Shown one piece after another: positions 19,560 through 29,825 of a DNA stretch of 51,580 nucleotides; the first letter of the stretch is position 1; the number at the start of each line of letters is the position of its first letter. Source of the DNA: Pseudomonadota bacterium. Its GTDB lineage: Bacteria > Pseudomonadota > Alphaproteobacteria > UBA9219 > RGZA01. The DNA is taken from NCBI GenBank assembly GCA_048498415.1, contig JBEHYA010000003.1:1-51580 (forward strand), in the 5' to 3' direction. The notes beneath the pieces were generated by a model. That model had not been told where the DNA came from and searched no databases. It saw only the letters and a program-made list of their open reading frames with translations. The position numbers were made by a program, and so were the translations under genes.

Positions 19560-20930
19560 TTAAACACGCCGCCACAGCGTTTTTTCGGCCTTATCTTCCA
19601 GAATAACGCCCATGGCCAGCAGGTCATTTCTGATCTGGTCGGCCTTCTTGAAATCCCTGGCCTTGCGGGCGGCAAGGCGCGCTTCAATCTGCGCCTCGAT
19701 CTCCGCCTCGCTCATCTGGCTGGTGCCCTTCGGCGCCCAGCGCAGCCAGGCCTCCGGGTCCTGCGTTAAAAAGCCTATGAGGTTGGCCGCCTTCACAAAT
19801 GCCGACTTGGTGGCGACGCTTGGGTTCTTGTTTAATTGCCCCGCCAGATCATGCAGCGCGGCAATCGCCTGCGGCGTGTTCAAATCATCGGTGAGCGCCG
19901 CAACAACCGCATGCGGCACATCCACATTCTTATCGAGGGCAATACTCGCATGGCTGCGCAGCGTGCCATACCAGCCGTCTAAAACGTCCTTGGCTTGGCG
20001 CAAGGCATCGCGCGAGAAATCCAGCGGCTGGCGGTAATGCGCAGCCAATAAAGCAAACCGCAACGCTTCCCCCGGCGCATGCGCCAATAAATCGCGCACC
20101 GTGAAGAAATTCCCCAGCGACTTCGACATTTTATCGTTATCGATGGTCAGGAAACCGTTGTGCATCCACAGTTTTGCCAGCGGCTTGCCGTCATGCGCGC
20201 AGCGGCTTTGCGCGATTTCGTTTTCGTGGTGCGGGAAAATTAAATCCAGCCCGCCGCCGTGAATATCAAACGTCTCGCCTAAGTGCGCTTCCGACATCGC
20301 GGAGCATTCAATATGCCAGCCGGGCCGGCCGCGCCCCCACGGGCTGTCCCAGCCCACCTGTTCCGCGCTGCTCGGCTTCCACAGTACAAAGTCGGCGGCG
20401 TCCTTTTTATACGGCGCTACTTCCACGCGCGCGCCCGCAATCAGTTCATCGCGGCTGCGGCGTGACAGTTCGCCATATTCCGGCATGGATGGCACATTGA
20501 ACAGCACATGGCCATCCACGGCATAAGCATGGCCCTTCGCAATCAGCTTCTCGATCATCGCGATCATATGCGGAATATGCTGCGTGCAGCGCGGCTCTAC
20601 ATCCGGCGATAAGGCCATGATCGCGGCCATATCTTCATGGTACGCCTTGGTGGTGCGGGTGGTGACCTCGTTAATCGTCTCGCCCGTCTCCTTGGCTTTA
20701 GCCATGATCTTGTCATCGACGTCCGTGATATTCCGGGCGTACGTCACTTTCGGGTAGAGCGTTTTGAGCAAGCGGTACAGCGTATCGAACACCGCCACCG
20801 GCCGCGCATTGCCCAAATGCGCAAAGTCATAGACCGTCGGCCCGCACACATACATTTTGACGTGTTGGGGGTCGATCGGCGCAAAGTTTTCTTTTTTGCG
20901 GGTAAGGGTGTTGTAAAGCTGAAGTGACAT
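19560..20930 (-). CDS. cysS: Cysteine--tRNA ligase
   Basis: MYVCGPTVYD, HLGN, GRPGWHIECSAM, KMSKS. Confidence 0.97.
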   Translation of the reverse strand: MSLQLYNTLTRKKENFAPIDPQHVKMYVCGPTVYDFAHLGNARPVAVFDTLYRLLKTLYPKVTYARNITDVDDKIMAKAKETGETINEVTTRTTKAYHEDMAAIMALSPDVEPRCTQHIPHMIAMIEKLIAKGHAYAVDGHVLFNVPSMPEYGELSRRSRDELIAGARVEVAPYKKDAADFVLWKPSSAEQVGWDSPWGRGRPGWHIECSAMSEAHLGETFDIHGGGLDLIFPHHENEIAQSRCAHDGKPLAKLWMHNGFLTIDNDKMSKSLGNFFTVRDLLAHAPGEALRFALLAAHYRQPLDFSRDALRQAKDVLDGWYGTLRSHASIALDKNVDVPHAVVAALTDDLNTPQAIAALHDLAGQLNKNPSVATKSAFVKAANLIGFLTQDPEAWLRWAPKGTSQMSEAEIEAQIEARLAARKARDFKKADQIRNDLLAMGVILEDKAEKTLWRRV

Positions 20931-20966
20931 GGAAGAGGGCTTTCGGAGCGAAGAGAAAACAGAAAC

Positions 20967-21128
20967 TTACAAATGCGGGTGGCGTTTACATTGCGCGAAC
21001 ACATCGCTCAGCGCCGCCATGGTCTCGGCAAACGCATCATTGAGCTTTTTCATGTCCGCTTCCAGACGCGCAAGATCGCTGGTCACTTCTTCAAGCGCCG
21101 TTTTGATCTCGCCGTTATTCTCCGTCAC
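20967..21128 (-). CDS. Small coiled-coil hypothetical protein (53 aa), not in the ORF track
   Basis: GTG start overlaps the gltX TGA stop (GTGA); MTENNGEIKTALEEVTSDLARLEADMKKLNDAFAETMAALSDVFAQCKRHPHL; fills the gltX-cysS gap. Confidence 0.6.
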   Translation of the reverse strand: MTENNGEIKTALEEVTSDLARLEADMKKLNDAFAETMAALSDVFAQCKRHPHL

Positions 21129-22465
21129 GCCGTTTCTCCGTTCAGCCTCTGCATGGCACGCGTAGGCCCAATCAGCGGCAACAGCGCTTTTAACTCGGGC
21201 CCGTGCTCCATGCCGGTCAATGCTAAACGCAAAGGCATGAACAGATCCTTACCTTTTCGGCCCGTCGCCTTCTTAACCGCATCCGTCCAGGCGCCCCAGG
21301 TGGTCAAATCCCAGTTGCCTTCCGGCAACATGCGGGCGGCGTTAACCACAAAATCGCGGTCGGCGATCTGTGGCGTGATCTTTTCCTGCGCCACCTGCCA
21401 CCAATCCTTAATCTCGGCAAAGCGCTGAATGTTGGCGCGCGCGGCTTCCCAGAAATCTTTGCCAAGGGCACCCAAGCCCATCGCGGCTAAGCGCGGCTTG
21501 GCTTCGTCATATGTCATATGATGCAGCAGGCGCGCATTAATGCGCAGCAATTCCTGCGTATCGAACTTCGGCTGCGAACGGCCAATCTTTTTAAAATCCA
21601 GCCCGTCGATCAACTGCTGCATGGTGGCAGCTTCTACCGCATCCGATGTTCCCAGCTTGGCCAGCAGCGCAACAATCGCCAGCGGTTCCACGCCCATTTC
21701 ATCGCGCAGGCTCGCCACGCTCATGCTGCCCAGACGTTTGCTGAGTTCTTCGCCACTTGCCAGCGTCACCAATGGCAAATGCGCGAAGGTCGGCACGCCG
21801 CCGCCTACAGCCTGCCAGATCTGAATTTGCACGGCTGTGTTGGCCACATGGTCTTCGCCGCGAATAACGTGGGTCACTTTAAAATCCACATCATCCACGA
21901 CCGAGCAGAAGGTATAAAGCGGCACGCCATCTTCACGCACCAGCACGGGGTCGGATAAACTATCGCCGCCAAACGCCTTATGGCCCTGCACCATATCGTC
22001 CCACTCAACCGCTTCATGATGCAGCTTGAAGCGCCAATGCGGCTTGTGGCCTTCTTTAATCTTGGTTTCAACTTCGCCCGCCGAAAGCTTTAGCGCCGCG
22101 CGGTCGTAAATAGGCGGCAGCCCACGGGCCAGCTGCGACTTGCGTTTTAATGCCAGCTCATCCTGCGTCTCAAAGCACGGGTATATTTGCCCACGCTTCT
22201 TCAAATCTTCCAAAACCTCTTGGTAGCGTTTGTAGCGATCGGATTGTTTGGCGAACAAATCCCAGTTCAGCCCCAGCCATTTCAGGTCGCGCTCAATCGC
22301 CGCGGCAAAGGCGGGGGTAGAGCGTTCCTGGTCGGTATCATCCAGGCGCAGCATGAACTGGCCGCCGTTCTTACGGGCGAAAAGCCAGTTAAAAATGGCG
22401 GTGCGGATGTTCCCCACATGCAGAAAACCAGTGGGCGAGGGGGCGATACGGACAAGAACGGACAT
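21125..22465 (-). CDS. gltX: Glutamate--tRNA ligase
   Basis: RIAPSPTGFLHVGN, RLDDTD, IRGEDH, LSKR; ATG at 22465 preferred over GTG at 22471. Confidence 0.95.
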   Translation of the reverse strand: MSVLVRIAPSPTGFLHVGNIRTAIFNWLFARKNGGQFMLRLDDTDQERSTPAFAAAIERDLKWLGLNWDLFAKQSDRYKRYQEVLEDLKKRGQIYPCFETQDELALKRKSQLARGLPPIYDRAALKLSAGEVETKIKEGHKPHWRFKLHHEAVEWDDMVQGHKAFGGDSLSDPVLVREDGVPLYTFCSVVDDVDFKVTHVIRGEDHVANTAVQIQIWQAVGGGVPTFAHLPLVTLASGEELSKRLGSMSVASLRDEMGVEPLAIVALLAKLGTSDAVEAATMQQLIDGLDFKKIGRSQPKFDTQELLRINARLLHHMTYDEAKPRLAAMGLGALGKDFWEAARANIQRFAEIKDWWQVAQEKITPQIADRDFVVNAARMLPEGNWDLTTWGAWTDAVKKATGRKGKDLFMPLRLALTGMEHGPELKALLPLIGPTRAMQRLNGETA

Positions 22466-22535
22466 TGGCACGAACAGCTAATAAAGGGGTATGAAAAGTA
22501 GCTAGTAACAGTATTTAAGTAAACCTATCATCATC

Positions 22536-22618
22536 TGTATGCCCCGGCGCAGGCCGGGGCCCATAGTTCAGCAATCAAAATGCGGATAAATGGGCCCCGG
22601 CCTGCGCTGGGGCATACA
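22536..22618. repeat. REP/REPIN-like element, subfamily C (inverted orientation)
   Basis: TGTATGCCCCGGCGCAGGCCGGGGCCCAT...ATGGGCCCCGGCCTGCGCTGGGGCATACA; spacer is close to the reverse complement of the spacers at 3443 and 42250. Confidence 0.85.
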
Positions 22619-22676
22619 ATTAATGTTTTGCCCATTATATTGATTATTAGTGCTTCCATACTAACTCCTGTGATCT

Positions 22677-24794
22677 ATGGATAATCACGCTTTCCCCGCC
22701 ATGGCCGACGTTATTCGCCCGACTTTCCGGCCTGAAGCCGGCAAGAAGTTCGAGCTGGTAAGCGATTACACGCCCTCCGGTGACCAGCCGGTCGCCATTA
22801 AGGAACTCGTGGATGGCCTCAAGGAAGGCGCGCGGGATCAGGTGCTGCTGGGCGTCACAGGCTCGGGCAAAACCTTCACCATGGCGCATGTCATTCAATC
22901 GGTGCAGCGGCCCACGCTCATTCTCGCACCCAACAAAACGCTGGCTGCGCAGCTCTATGAAGAAATGAAAAGTTTCTTCCCCAATAACGCCGTCGAATAT
23001 TTCGTCTCGTATTACGACTACTACACGCCGGAAGCCTATGTGCCGAAGAGCGATACGTATATCGAGAAGGAATCCTCGATCAACGAACAGATCGATCGCC
23101 TGCGCCACTCCGCCACCCGCGCGCTTCTCGAACGCGATGATGTGATCATCGTCGCCTCCATCTCCTGCATCTATGGTATCGGTTCGGTGGAAACCTATTC
23201 CAAAATGACCGCGACGGTGGAAAAAGGCCAGCAAATCGGGCAGGGCGATCTCATCCGCAAGCTGGTCGAACTGCAATACCAGCGCAACGATACCAGCTTC
23301 GGCCGCGGCCTGTTCCGCGTGCGCGGCGATACCATCGAAGTCTTCCCCTCCCACATGGAAGACCGCGCCTGGCGCTTTTCGTTCTTCGGCGATGAAGTGG
23401 AAAGCATCACAGAGGTCGATCCCCTCACGGGCGAGCGCATGGGGCAGATGGATGTGGTGAAGATTTACGCCAACAGCCACTACATCACGCCCAAGCCCAC
23501 CATCTATCAGGCCATCGAAGGCATCAAGGTCGAACTCAAAGACCAGCTCGCCACGTTCCAGCAAAATGGCCGGCTGTTAGAGGCGCAGCGCCTTGGCGAA
23601 CGCACCCAGTTTGATCTGGAGATGCTGGCGGCCACCGGCGTGTGCAACGGCATTGAAAATTATTCGCGCTATCTCACCGGCCGTCCCGCCGGTGCGCCAC
23701 CGCCAACGCTGTTCGAATACTTGCCACCCAACGCGCTGCTGATTTTAGATGAAAGCCACGCCATGGTGCCGCAGCTAAACGCCATGTATAACGGCGACTT
23801 CAAGCGCAAATCCACGCTTTCTGAATATGGTTTCCGCCTGCCATCCTGCCGCGATAACCGCCCGCTTAAGTTCGATGAATGGAACAGCATGCGCCCGCAA
23901 ACGGTGTATGTCTCGGCCACCCCCGGCCCGTGGGAGCTGGAACAAACGCAAGGCGTATTCACCGAACAGGTCGTGCGTCCCACCGGTCTCATCGATCCGC
24001 CCGTCGAAGTGCGGCCCACTGAAAATCAGGTCGATGATCTTCTCGCCGAATGCCACAAGGTCATCGGCAAAGGTCTTCGCGTGCTGGTCACCACGCTCAC
24101 CAAAAAAATGGCTGAAGCGCTCACCGAATACATGACGGAAGCCGGCATCAAGGTCTGCTACATCCACAGCGATGTGGAAACCTTGGAGCGTATCGAAATC
24201 ATCCGCGATCTTCGCCTCGGCGTTTTCGATGTGCTGGTTGGCATTAACCTGCTGCGCGAAGGCCTCGACATCCCGGAATGCGGGTTGGTGGCCATTTTAG
24301 ATGCGGATAAAGAAGGCTATTTGCGTTCCCGTACGTCACTGATCCAAACCATCGGCCGTGCGGCGCGTAACGTGGATGGCAAGGCGGTGCTCTATGCCGA
24401 TAGCGTGACGGGCAGCATGCAGGCCGCCATGGATGAAACCGGCCGCCGCCGCATGCGCCAGCTGGAATACAATAAAGCCAACAACATCACGCCGGAAACG
24501 GTGAAGAAAAAGATCAGCGACATTCTCCAATCCGTATACGAGCATGACCATTACGATGTGCCCATCGGCGATGAAGAATTCATCCATTCCATCGGCAAGG
24601 ATATGAAGGCGCATATCCGCGAACTCGAATCGCAGATGAAAGATGCCGCCGCCAATCTGGAATTCGAAGAGGCCGCGCGTCTCCGCGACGAGATTCACCG
24701 CCTCGAAGCCAAGGAATTAGGGCTAAATGCGAATGCCATGGCGCTGCCGCGTAAAAGTCATAAAGACGTGCGACTAAAGAAACCGCGCCGTTAA
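22677..24794 (+). CDS. uvrB: Excinuclease ABC subunit B
   Basis: [38 protein letters not shown]-terminal UVR domain. Confidence 0.97.
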   Translation: MDNHAFPAMADVIRPTFRPEAGKKFELVSDYTPSGDQPVAIKELVDGLKEGARDQVLLGVTGSGKTFTMAHVIQSVQRPTLILAPNKTLAAQLYEEMKSFFPNNAVEYFVSYYDYYTPEAYVPKSDTYIEKESSINEQIDRLRHSATRALLERDDVIIVASISCIYGIGSVETYSKMTATVEKGQQIGQGDLIRKLVELQYQRNDTSFGRGLFRVRGDTIEVFPSHMEDRAWRFSFFGDEVESITEVDPLTGERMGQMDVVKIYANSHYITPKPTIYQAIEGIKVELKDQLATFQQNGRLLEAQRLGERTQFDLEMLAATGVCNGIENYSRYLTGRPAGAPPPTLFEYLPPNALLILDESHAMVPQLNAMYNGDFKRKSTLSEYGFRLPSCRDNRPLKFDEWNSMRPQTVYVSATPGPWELEQTQGVFTEQVVRPTGLIDPPVEVRPTENQVDDLLAECHKVIGKGLRVLVTTLTKKMAEALTEYMTEAGIKVCYIHSDVETLERIEIIRDLRLGVFDVLVGINLLREGLDIPECGLVAILDADKEGYLRSRTSLIQTIGRAARNVDGKAVLYADSVTGSMQAAMDETGRRRMRQLEYNKANNITPETVKKKISDILQSVYEHDHYDVPIGDEEFIHSIGKDMKAHIRELESQMKDAAANLEFEEAARLRDEIHRLEAKELGLNANAMALPRKSHKDVRLKKPRR

Positions 24795-24842
24795 TAGGGT
24801 TGTTGTTGCTTTTTTTGTTAACTCCGGTCTTACACTAAAGCC

Positions 24843-25079
24843 ATGCAGTGGATCATCTTCGCCGCCATCACCAGCATCGTTGCTTTAGGCATCCGTAAAA
24901 TGATGCGGGAAGCCCATGACATGATGAACATGATGTACGGCGAAAACCCCAACATGGCGCCGCATGGCGCATCGCGCACAAAAGTTGCGGAAAACCCCAA
25001 GCCGCCCGCGCAGGATATGGTGCAATGCCCCGTCTGTCAGGCCTATGTGGTGAAGGGAAGCGTGTGCACCCATGGCTGA
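24843..25079 (+). CDS. Small membrane-anchored protein with C-terminal Cys knuckle (PP0621-like)
   Basis: N-terminal TM; DMVQCPVCQAYV...C; 8-nt overlap with the next gene. Confidence 0.65.
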   Translation: MQWIIFAAITSIVALGIRKMMREAHDMMNMMYGENPNMAPHGASRTKVAENPKPPAQDMVQCPVCQAYVVKGSVCTHG

Positions 25080-25944
25080 TGCGCCCCTGATCTCGGTGAT
25101 CAACACCACCCCCAATACCAGCGCGGTCATCCTGGATTCCCCGCATAGCGGCACCCTCTACCCTGATGATCTGCCCTATGTCTGCTCCATGCACGCCCTG
25201 CGGCAAACGGAAGACAGCTTCGTCGATGAACTCTTCGCCCAGGCGCCGGCGCCGCTGTTACGCGCGCACTTTGCCCGCAGCTACATCGACCCCAACCGCG
25301 CGGTGGATGATATCGATCCCGCTATTCTGGATGGCGCATTTCCCGGCCCCCTTAATCCCACCGAACGTTCGCAGCATGGCCACGGCCTCATCCGCCATCT
25401 TTGCCGGGGCGCCGCAGTGTATCCCCGCAAAATTCCGGTTGGCGTTGCGCTGAAGCGCATCGAGACCTGCTATCAGCCTTACCACACCGCACTCACCGGC
25501 CTGCTGGCGGAAGCGCGGCGTTATCATCCAACCGTCTGGCATATCAACTGCCATTCCATGGCGTCCAGCGATGCGTTCAGCTACCCGCGCCTTGCCAATA
25601 CCGCCGGCGCCGCGCACGCGGATTTCGTGCTGGGCGACCGCGATGGCACCACCGCCGAAGCCGCCTTCGTGGAGCGCGTGGCGCATTACCTGCGCGGCTG
25701 CGGCTACACCATCGCCATCAACGATCCCTATAAAGGCATGGAAATCCTGCGCCTGCACGGGCAACCCGCCAGCGGCATTCATTCCCTGCAGCTGGAGATC
25801 AACCGCAGCCTGTATATGGATGAAGACAGCCTGCAAAAGCACGAAGGCTTTTATAAAGTGCAGGCGGATATGACGGGGTTGGTCAAAGAACTCGCAGGCT
25901 ATTTAGAGGCCCGCAACGCCAGCCTGAAACAGGCGGCGGAGTAA
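25072..25944 (+). CDS. N-formylglutamate amidohydrolase family protein
   Basis: DSPHSG, EDSFVD, RSYIDPNR, YQPYH, NCHSM, LGDRDG, QLEINRSLYMDE. Confidence 0.9.
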   Translation: MADAPLISVINTTPNTSAVILDSPHSGTLYPDDLPYVCSMHALRQTEDSFVDELFAQAPAPLLRAHFARSYIDPNRAVDDIDPAILDGAFPGPLNPTERSQHGHGLIRHLCRGAAVYPRKIPVGVALKRIETCYQPYHTALTGLLAEARRYHPTVWHINCHSMASSDAFSYPRLANTAGAAHADFVLGDRDGTTAEAAFVERVAHYLRGCGYTIAINDPYKGMEILRLHGQPASGIHSLQLEINRSLYMDEDSLQKHEGFYKVQADMTGLVKELAGYLEARNASLKQAAE

Positions 25945-25949
25945 CCGGG

Positions 25950-26034
25950 GTATGCACCTGCGAAGGCAGGTGCCCATCTCGCCGCATTTGGATTGCTGTG
26001 AACCTTGGGCCCCTGCCTTCGCAGGGGGGCATAT
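25950..26034. repeat. REP/REPIN-like element, subfamily C variant
   Basis: GTATGCACCTGCGAAGGCAGGTGCCCA...TGGGCCCCTGCCTTCGCAGGGGGGCATA between convergent genes. Confidence 0.8.
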
Positions 26035-26036
26035 GG

Positions 26037-26576
26037 CTAATTCTCTTTCTTCGGTTCCGTCTTTTTGCGGAATTGATCGAGGCTGATCACCACGCCCTTT
26101 TCTTCCGGTTCGCCTTCTTTGGTGTCCTTGAGAAAATCGGGTTTTTTTACCCTCTCGAAGCGGGGCGTATCGTCATCCTCGTCCTCTTCTTCGTCCTCGT
26201 CGCCGTCAATCGTCTGGAACTGCAGGGCGAAGCTCACGGAAGGGTCGGCGAATGTGGTGATCGCGGCAAAGGGAATGACCAGCCGTTCCTTGATGTTGTT
26301 AAAGCTTAACGTCACGCTGAACGTATCGTCGTTAATCACCAGCCCGTAATACTGGTATTGCAGCACAATCGTCATTTCCTTGGGGTACTGCTCGTGCAGG
26401 TGCTGGGGAATTTGCACGCCGGGATATTCCGTGAAGAACGAGATATAGAAATGATGCGCGCCCGGCAACCCGCGTTCGGCCACCACACGCAGCGTATCCG
26501 CCACCACGTGGCGCAGCGCGGTTTCCACCATCACGTCATATCGAAGGGTATCGTCCGTATCAGCCATTGGCCCCAC
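26037..26576 (-). CDS. sspB: ClpXP adaptor SspB (alphaproteobacterial type); start may be 26567
   Basis: GLPGAHHFYISF, YPKEMTIVLQ, FADPSVSFALQF, C-terminal VISLDQFRKK; adjacent to ssrA. Confidence 0.92.
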   Translation of the reverse strand: MGPMADTDDTLRYDVMVETALRHVVADTLRVVAERGLPGAHHFYISFFTEYPGVQIPQHLHEQYPKEMTIVLQYQYYGLVINDDTFSVTLSFNNIKERLVIPFAAITTFADPSVSFALQFQTIDGDEDEEEDEDDDTPRFERVKKPDFLKDTKEGEPEEKGVVISLDQFRKKTEPKKEN

Positions 26577-26684
26577 AACTTTGAATCAGGTATTTCAATA
26601 AGGTTGGGATACAAACTTGAATTAATCAATAATAATTATAACGCCGGTTTGACGTTGGTTTTCTGGGGTTTTTGCACATGAAAG

Positions 26685-27025
26685 GAGTGGGGGGTTTCTG
26701 TTGCCCGGTACCCCCCGGACCGCTAAGCTTTTAAGCTACCTTATTTTCCGTTAGGAAAATTAGGCGGCGAGAGCTTGAGGAGCAACGTTGTCGTTGGCAT
26801 CCATTAGAGTAGCCCGATAACGGCGGTACAATGCCGAGCAAAAATTGTGCCTTTACTGCATACGTCGATCCTATTTCGCCCCCACTTTTTGCCTGCGGTT
26901 GTTCCGGGCACTTCGCCCGGAACAGAGCAAGGCAGACAAATGGTGGAGGCGCCGGGTACCGCCCCCGGGTCCGTGCTGCTTATTCCACACAACGTTTATC
27001 GCCATAGCCGGACAAGCCGGCACGC
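26685..27025 (-). ncRNA. ssrA: tmRNA, circularly permuted two-piece gene (outer ends approximate)
   Basis: Acceptor piece ends CGCCTCCACCA at 26941; hairpin intervening segment 26884-26940; coding piece starts GGGGGCGAAATAGGATCGAC at 26883 (G3.U pair); tag ANDNVAPQALAA* at 26798-26760. Confidence 0.95.
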
Positions 27026-27121
27026 CTAATATAGTACACTTCCATTGATTTCAAAAGCGTTGCGGCCAAATTTTGTGAAAAAACAGGGGGTTGGAAGGCA
27101 TTTTTAAGTTAAAACCCTTCC

Positions 27122-27208
27122 GCCTCATCCCGGAAATTGCGCAGCAATTATCCGGGATCCATCTATCCGCAAGGCCACATGGATCCCGCATCAAGTGCGG
27201 GATGAGGC
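27122..27208. repeat. REP/REPIN-like element, subfamily D
   Basis: GCCTCATCCCGGA...TCCGGGATCCAT...ATGGATCCCGCATCAAGTGCGGGATGAGGC; related to 35214-35304. Confidence 0.8.
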
Positions 27209-27218
27209 CTTTTCTTGA

Positions 27219-27710
27219 TCACGTCGCATCATACGTTCGGAAGAATAGCTGCGTGCCGTTTTCCATTTCCGGCCGTTCGGATGATAAGCGCCAGCGGTGC
27301 AGATCGATGGCAGGAAAATACGCATCGCCGGGAACTTCCTGCTCGATATAGGTCAGGTAAATGCGGCTTGCCATGTTGATGGTCTGTTTAAAAATCTCAT
27401 CGCCGCCAATCACGAACAGCCATTCATCCTTTTCCATCATCTTTGGCAGCCAGCTGATTTCATTCAGCGCGCGCACCCGGGGGTCCGAAAAATGAATATC
27501 GCGGGTGAGCACAATCGTCTCGCGACCCGGCAACGGCTTGCCCAGCCGCTTCACGATTGATTTATAGGTCACGCGCCCCATCGCCACCTTGTGGCCCATG
27601 GTGGTTTCTTTAAAAAACGCGAGGTCGGATTTGAAATGCCACGGCAAATCGCCATTCTTGCCAATCACCATTTGTTTTCCAGCGGCGGCGGCAATCAGGG
27701 CGATTGGCAT
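27219..27710 (-). CDS. folA: Dihydrofolate reductase
   Basis: VIGKNGDLPWHFKSDLAFFK, MGRVTY, PLPGR, IGG, GDAYFP. Confidence 0.95.
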   Translation of the reverse strand: MPIALIAAAAGKQMVIGKNGDLPWHFKSDLAFFKETTMGHKVAMGRVTYKSIVKRLGKPLPGRETIVLTRDIHFSDPRVRALNEISWLPKMMEKDEWLFVIGGDEIFKQTINMASRIYLTYIEQEVPGDAYFPAIDLHRWRLSSERPEMENGTQLFFRTYDAT

Positions 27711-27713
27711 GGG

Positions 27714-28592
<879 letters not shown>

Positions 28593-28679
28593 GTTTATAA
28601 TATCGGGAATCGGTTCAATCTGTAACTATCGTGCCATGCAAAAAGTGAATTCTCAAGCGTAACCGAAGGCCTGAAAGAC

Positions 28680-29825
28680 ATGCCATTCCGGCGATTTCTT
28701 AAAAGCGAATATGGCAGCGCCGTGCTGCTGCTGGTGGCTGCTGCCCTGGCGATTGCGCTGGCCAATTCGCCCTGGGCGGCCATCTATCACGATCTGCTGC
28801 ATGAAACGCTGGATGTGCCATTCGGCGCCGGCACGCTGCACATCACGCTGGCCCATGTCATCAACGACGGGCTCATGACCATCTTCTTCCTTGTCGTTGG
28901 TCTTGAGATCAAGCGTGAATTCATGGGCGGCGAGCTTGGCACGCCGGCCAAAGCGGTGCTGCCAATCATCGCGGCGCTGGGCGGCGTGGTGGCCCCCGCG
29001 CTGGTTTATCTGTTCGTCAATCAGGCGGAGCAGCCCAACTGGCCGGGATGGGCCATTCCCACCGCGACCGATATCGCTTTCGCCCTTGGCCTGCTGGCCA
29101 TTGCCGGGCGCGGCCTGCCGGCGGCGCTAAAAGTTTTTCTTACCGCGCTTGCGATCATCGATGACCTGATCGCCATTCTCATCATCGCCACTTTTTACGG
29201 CGGCCACATTGCCATGCTGCCGTTTTTTATCATGGCCGCTCTGCTGGCGGCGTTGCTGGGCCTTAATTTAATGGGCGTGCGACGCCTGTTACCTTATTTG
29301 CTGCTGGGGGCCGCGTTGTGGCTGGCGGTGATCTACACCGGCCTGCATGCCACACTGGCCGGCGTGATGCTGGCCGTTTTCATTCCATTAGCGCCGGACA
29401 AAAAGCAATCGCCCACGCCTTTGCACCGGCTTGAACACGCCCTGCATCCTTTTTCCGCCTATCTCATCATGCCGCTGTTTGCGCTCGCCAATGCCGGCAT
29501 TTCGCTGGAAGGCTTATCGCCGGCTGCCATGCTGGCGCCGTTGCCGCTGGGTATCGCGCTCGCCTTATGGCTGGGTAAGCCCGCCGGTATTTTTTTCGCC
29601 GCGCAGCTTGCCATCCATCTCAAATGGGCCCAGCTGCCATCGGGGATGACCACGCGCCATCTTTTCGCGCTCGCCTGCCTTGCTGGCATCGGTTTTACCA
29701 TGAGCCTTTTTATCGGTGCCCTCGCTTTCCCGCAGGAAGAGGCGCTTAATCTTGTGCGCCTTGGCGTGATTGCAGGTTCTTGTCTGGCGGCTATAACGGG
29801 CGGGTTATTGCTGCGACGGGCTTAG
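28680..29825 (+). CDS. nhaA: Na+/H+ antiporter
   Basis: INDGLMTIFF, GLEIKRE, GWAIPTATDIAF, LAIIDDL, GIGFTMSLFI. Confidence 0.95.
   Translation: MPFRRFLKSEYGSAVLLLVAAALAIALANSPWAAIYHDLLHETLDVPFGAGTLHITLAHVINDGLMTIFFLVVGLEIKREFMGGELGTPAKAVLPIIAALGGVVAPALVYLFVNQAEQPNWPGWAIPTATDIAFALGLLAIAGRGLPAALKVFLTALAIIDDLIAILIIATFYGGHIAMLPFFIMAALLAALLGLNLMGVRRLLPYLLLGAALWLAVIYTGLHATLAGVMLAVFIPLAPDKKQSPTPLHRLEHALHPFSAYLIMPLFALANAGISLEGLSPAAMLAPLPLGIALALWLGKPAGIFFAAQLAIHLKWAQLPSGMTTRHLFALACLAGIGFTMSLFIGALAFPQEEALNLVRLGVIAGSCLAAITGGLLLRRA

Noticed and set aside
22647-23564. 305-aa ORF antisense to uvrB, and similar long antisense ORFs (696-1490, 4657-5358, 10076-10765, 15388-16017, 18289-18939, 41198-41830)
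   Set aside because: Antisense shadows of better-supported genes, caused by GC-rich codon bias; no motifs of their own
26941-26975. tRNA gene ending in CCA
   Set aside because: This is the T-arm/acceptor part of the permuted tmRNA; there is no anticodon arm
28622-28640. Possible sigma54 promoter for thyA (TGGCACGATAGTTAC, minus strand)
   Set aside because: The -12 GC is replaced by AC, so the essential element is missing
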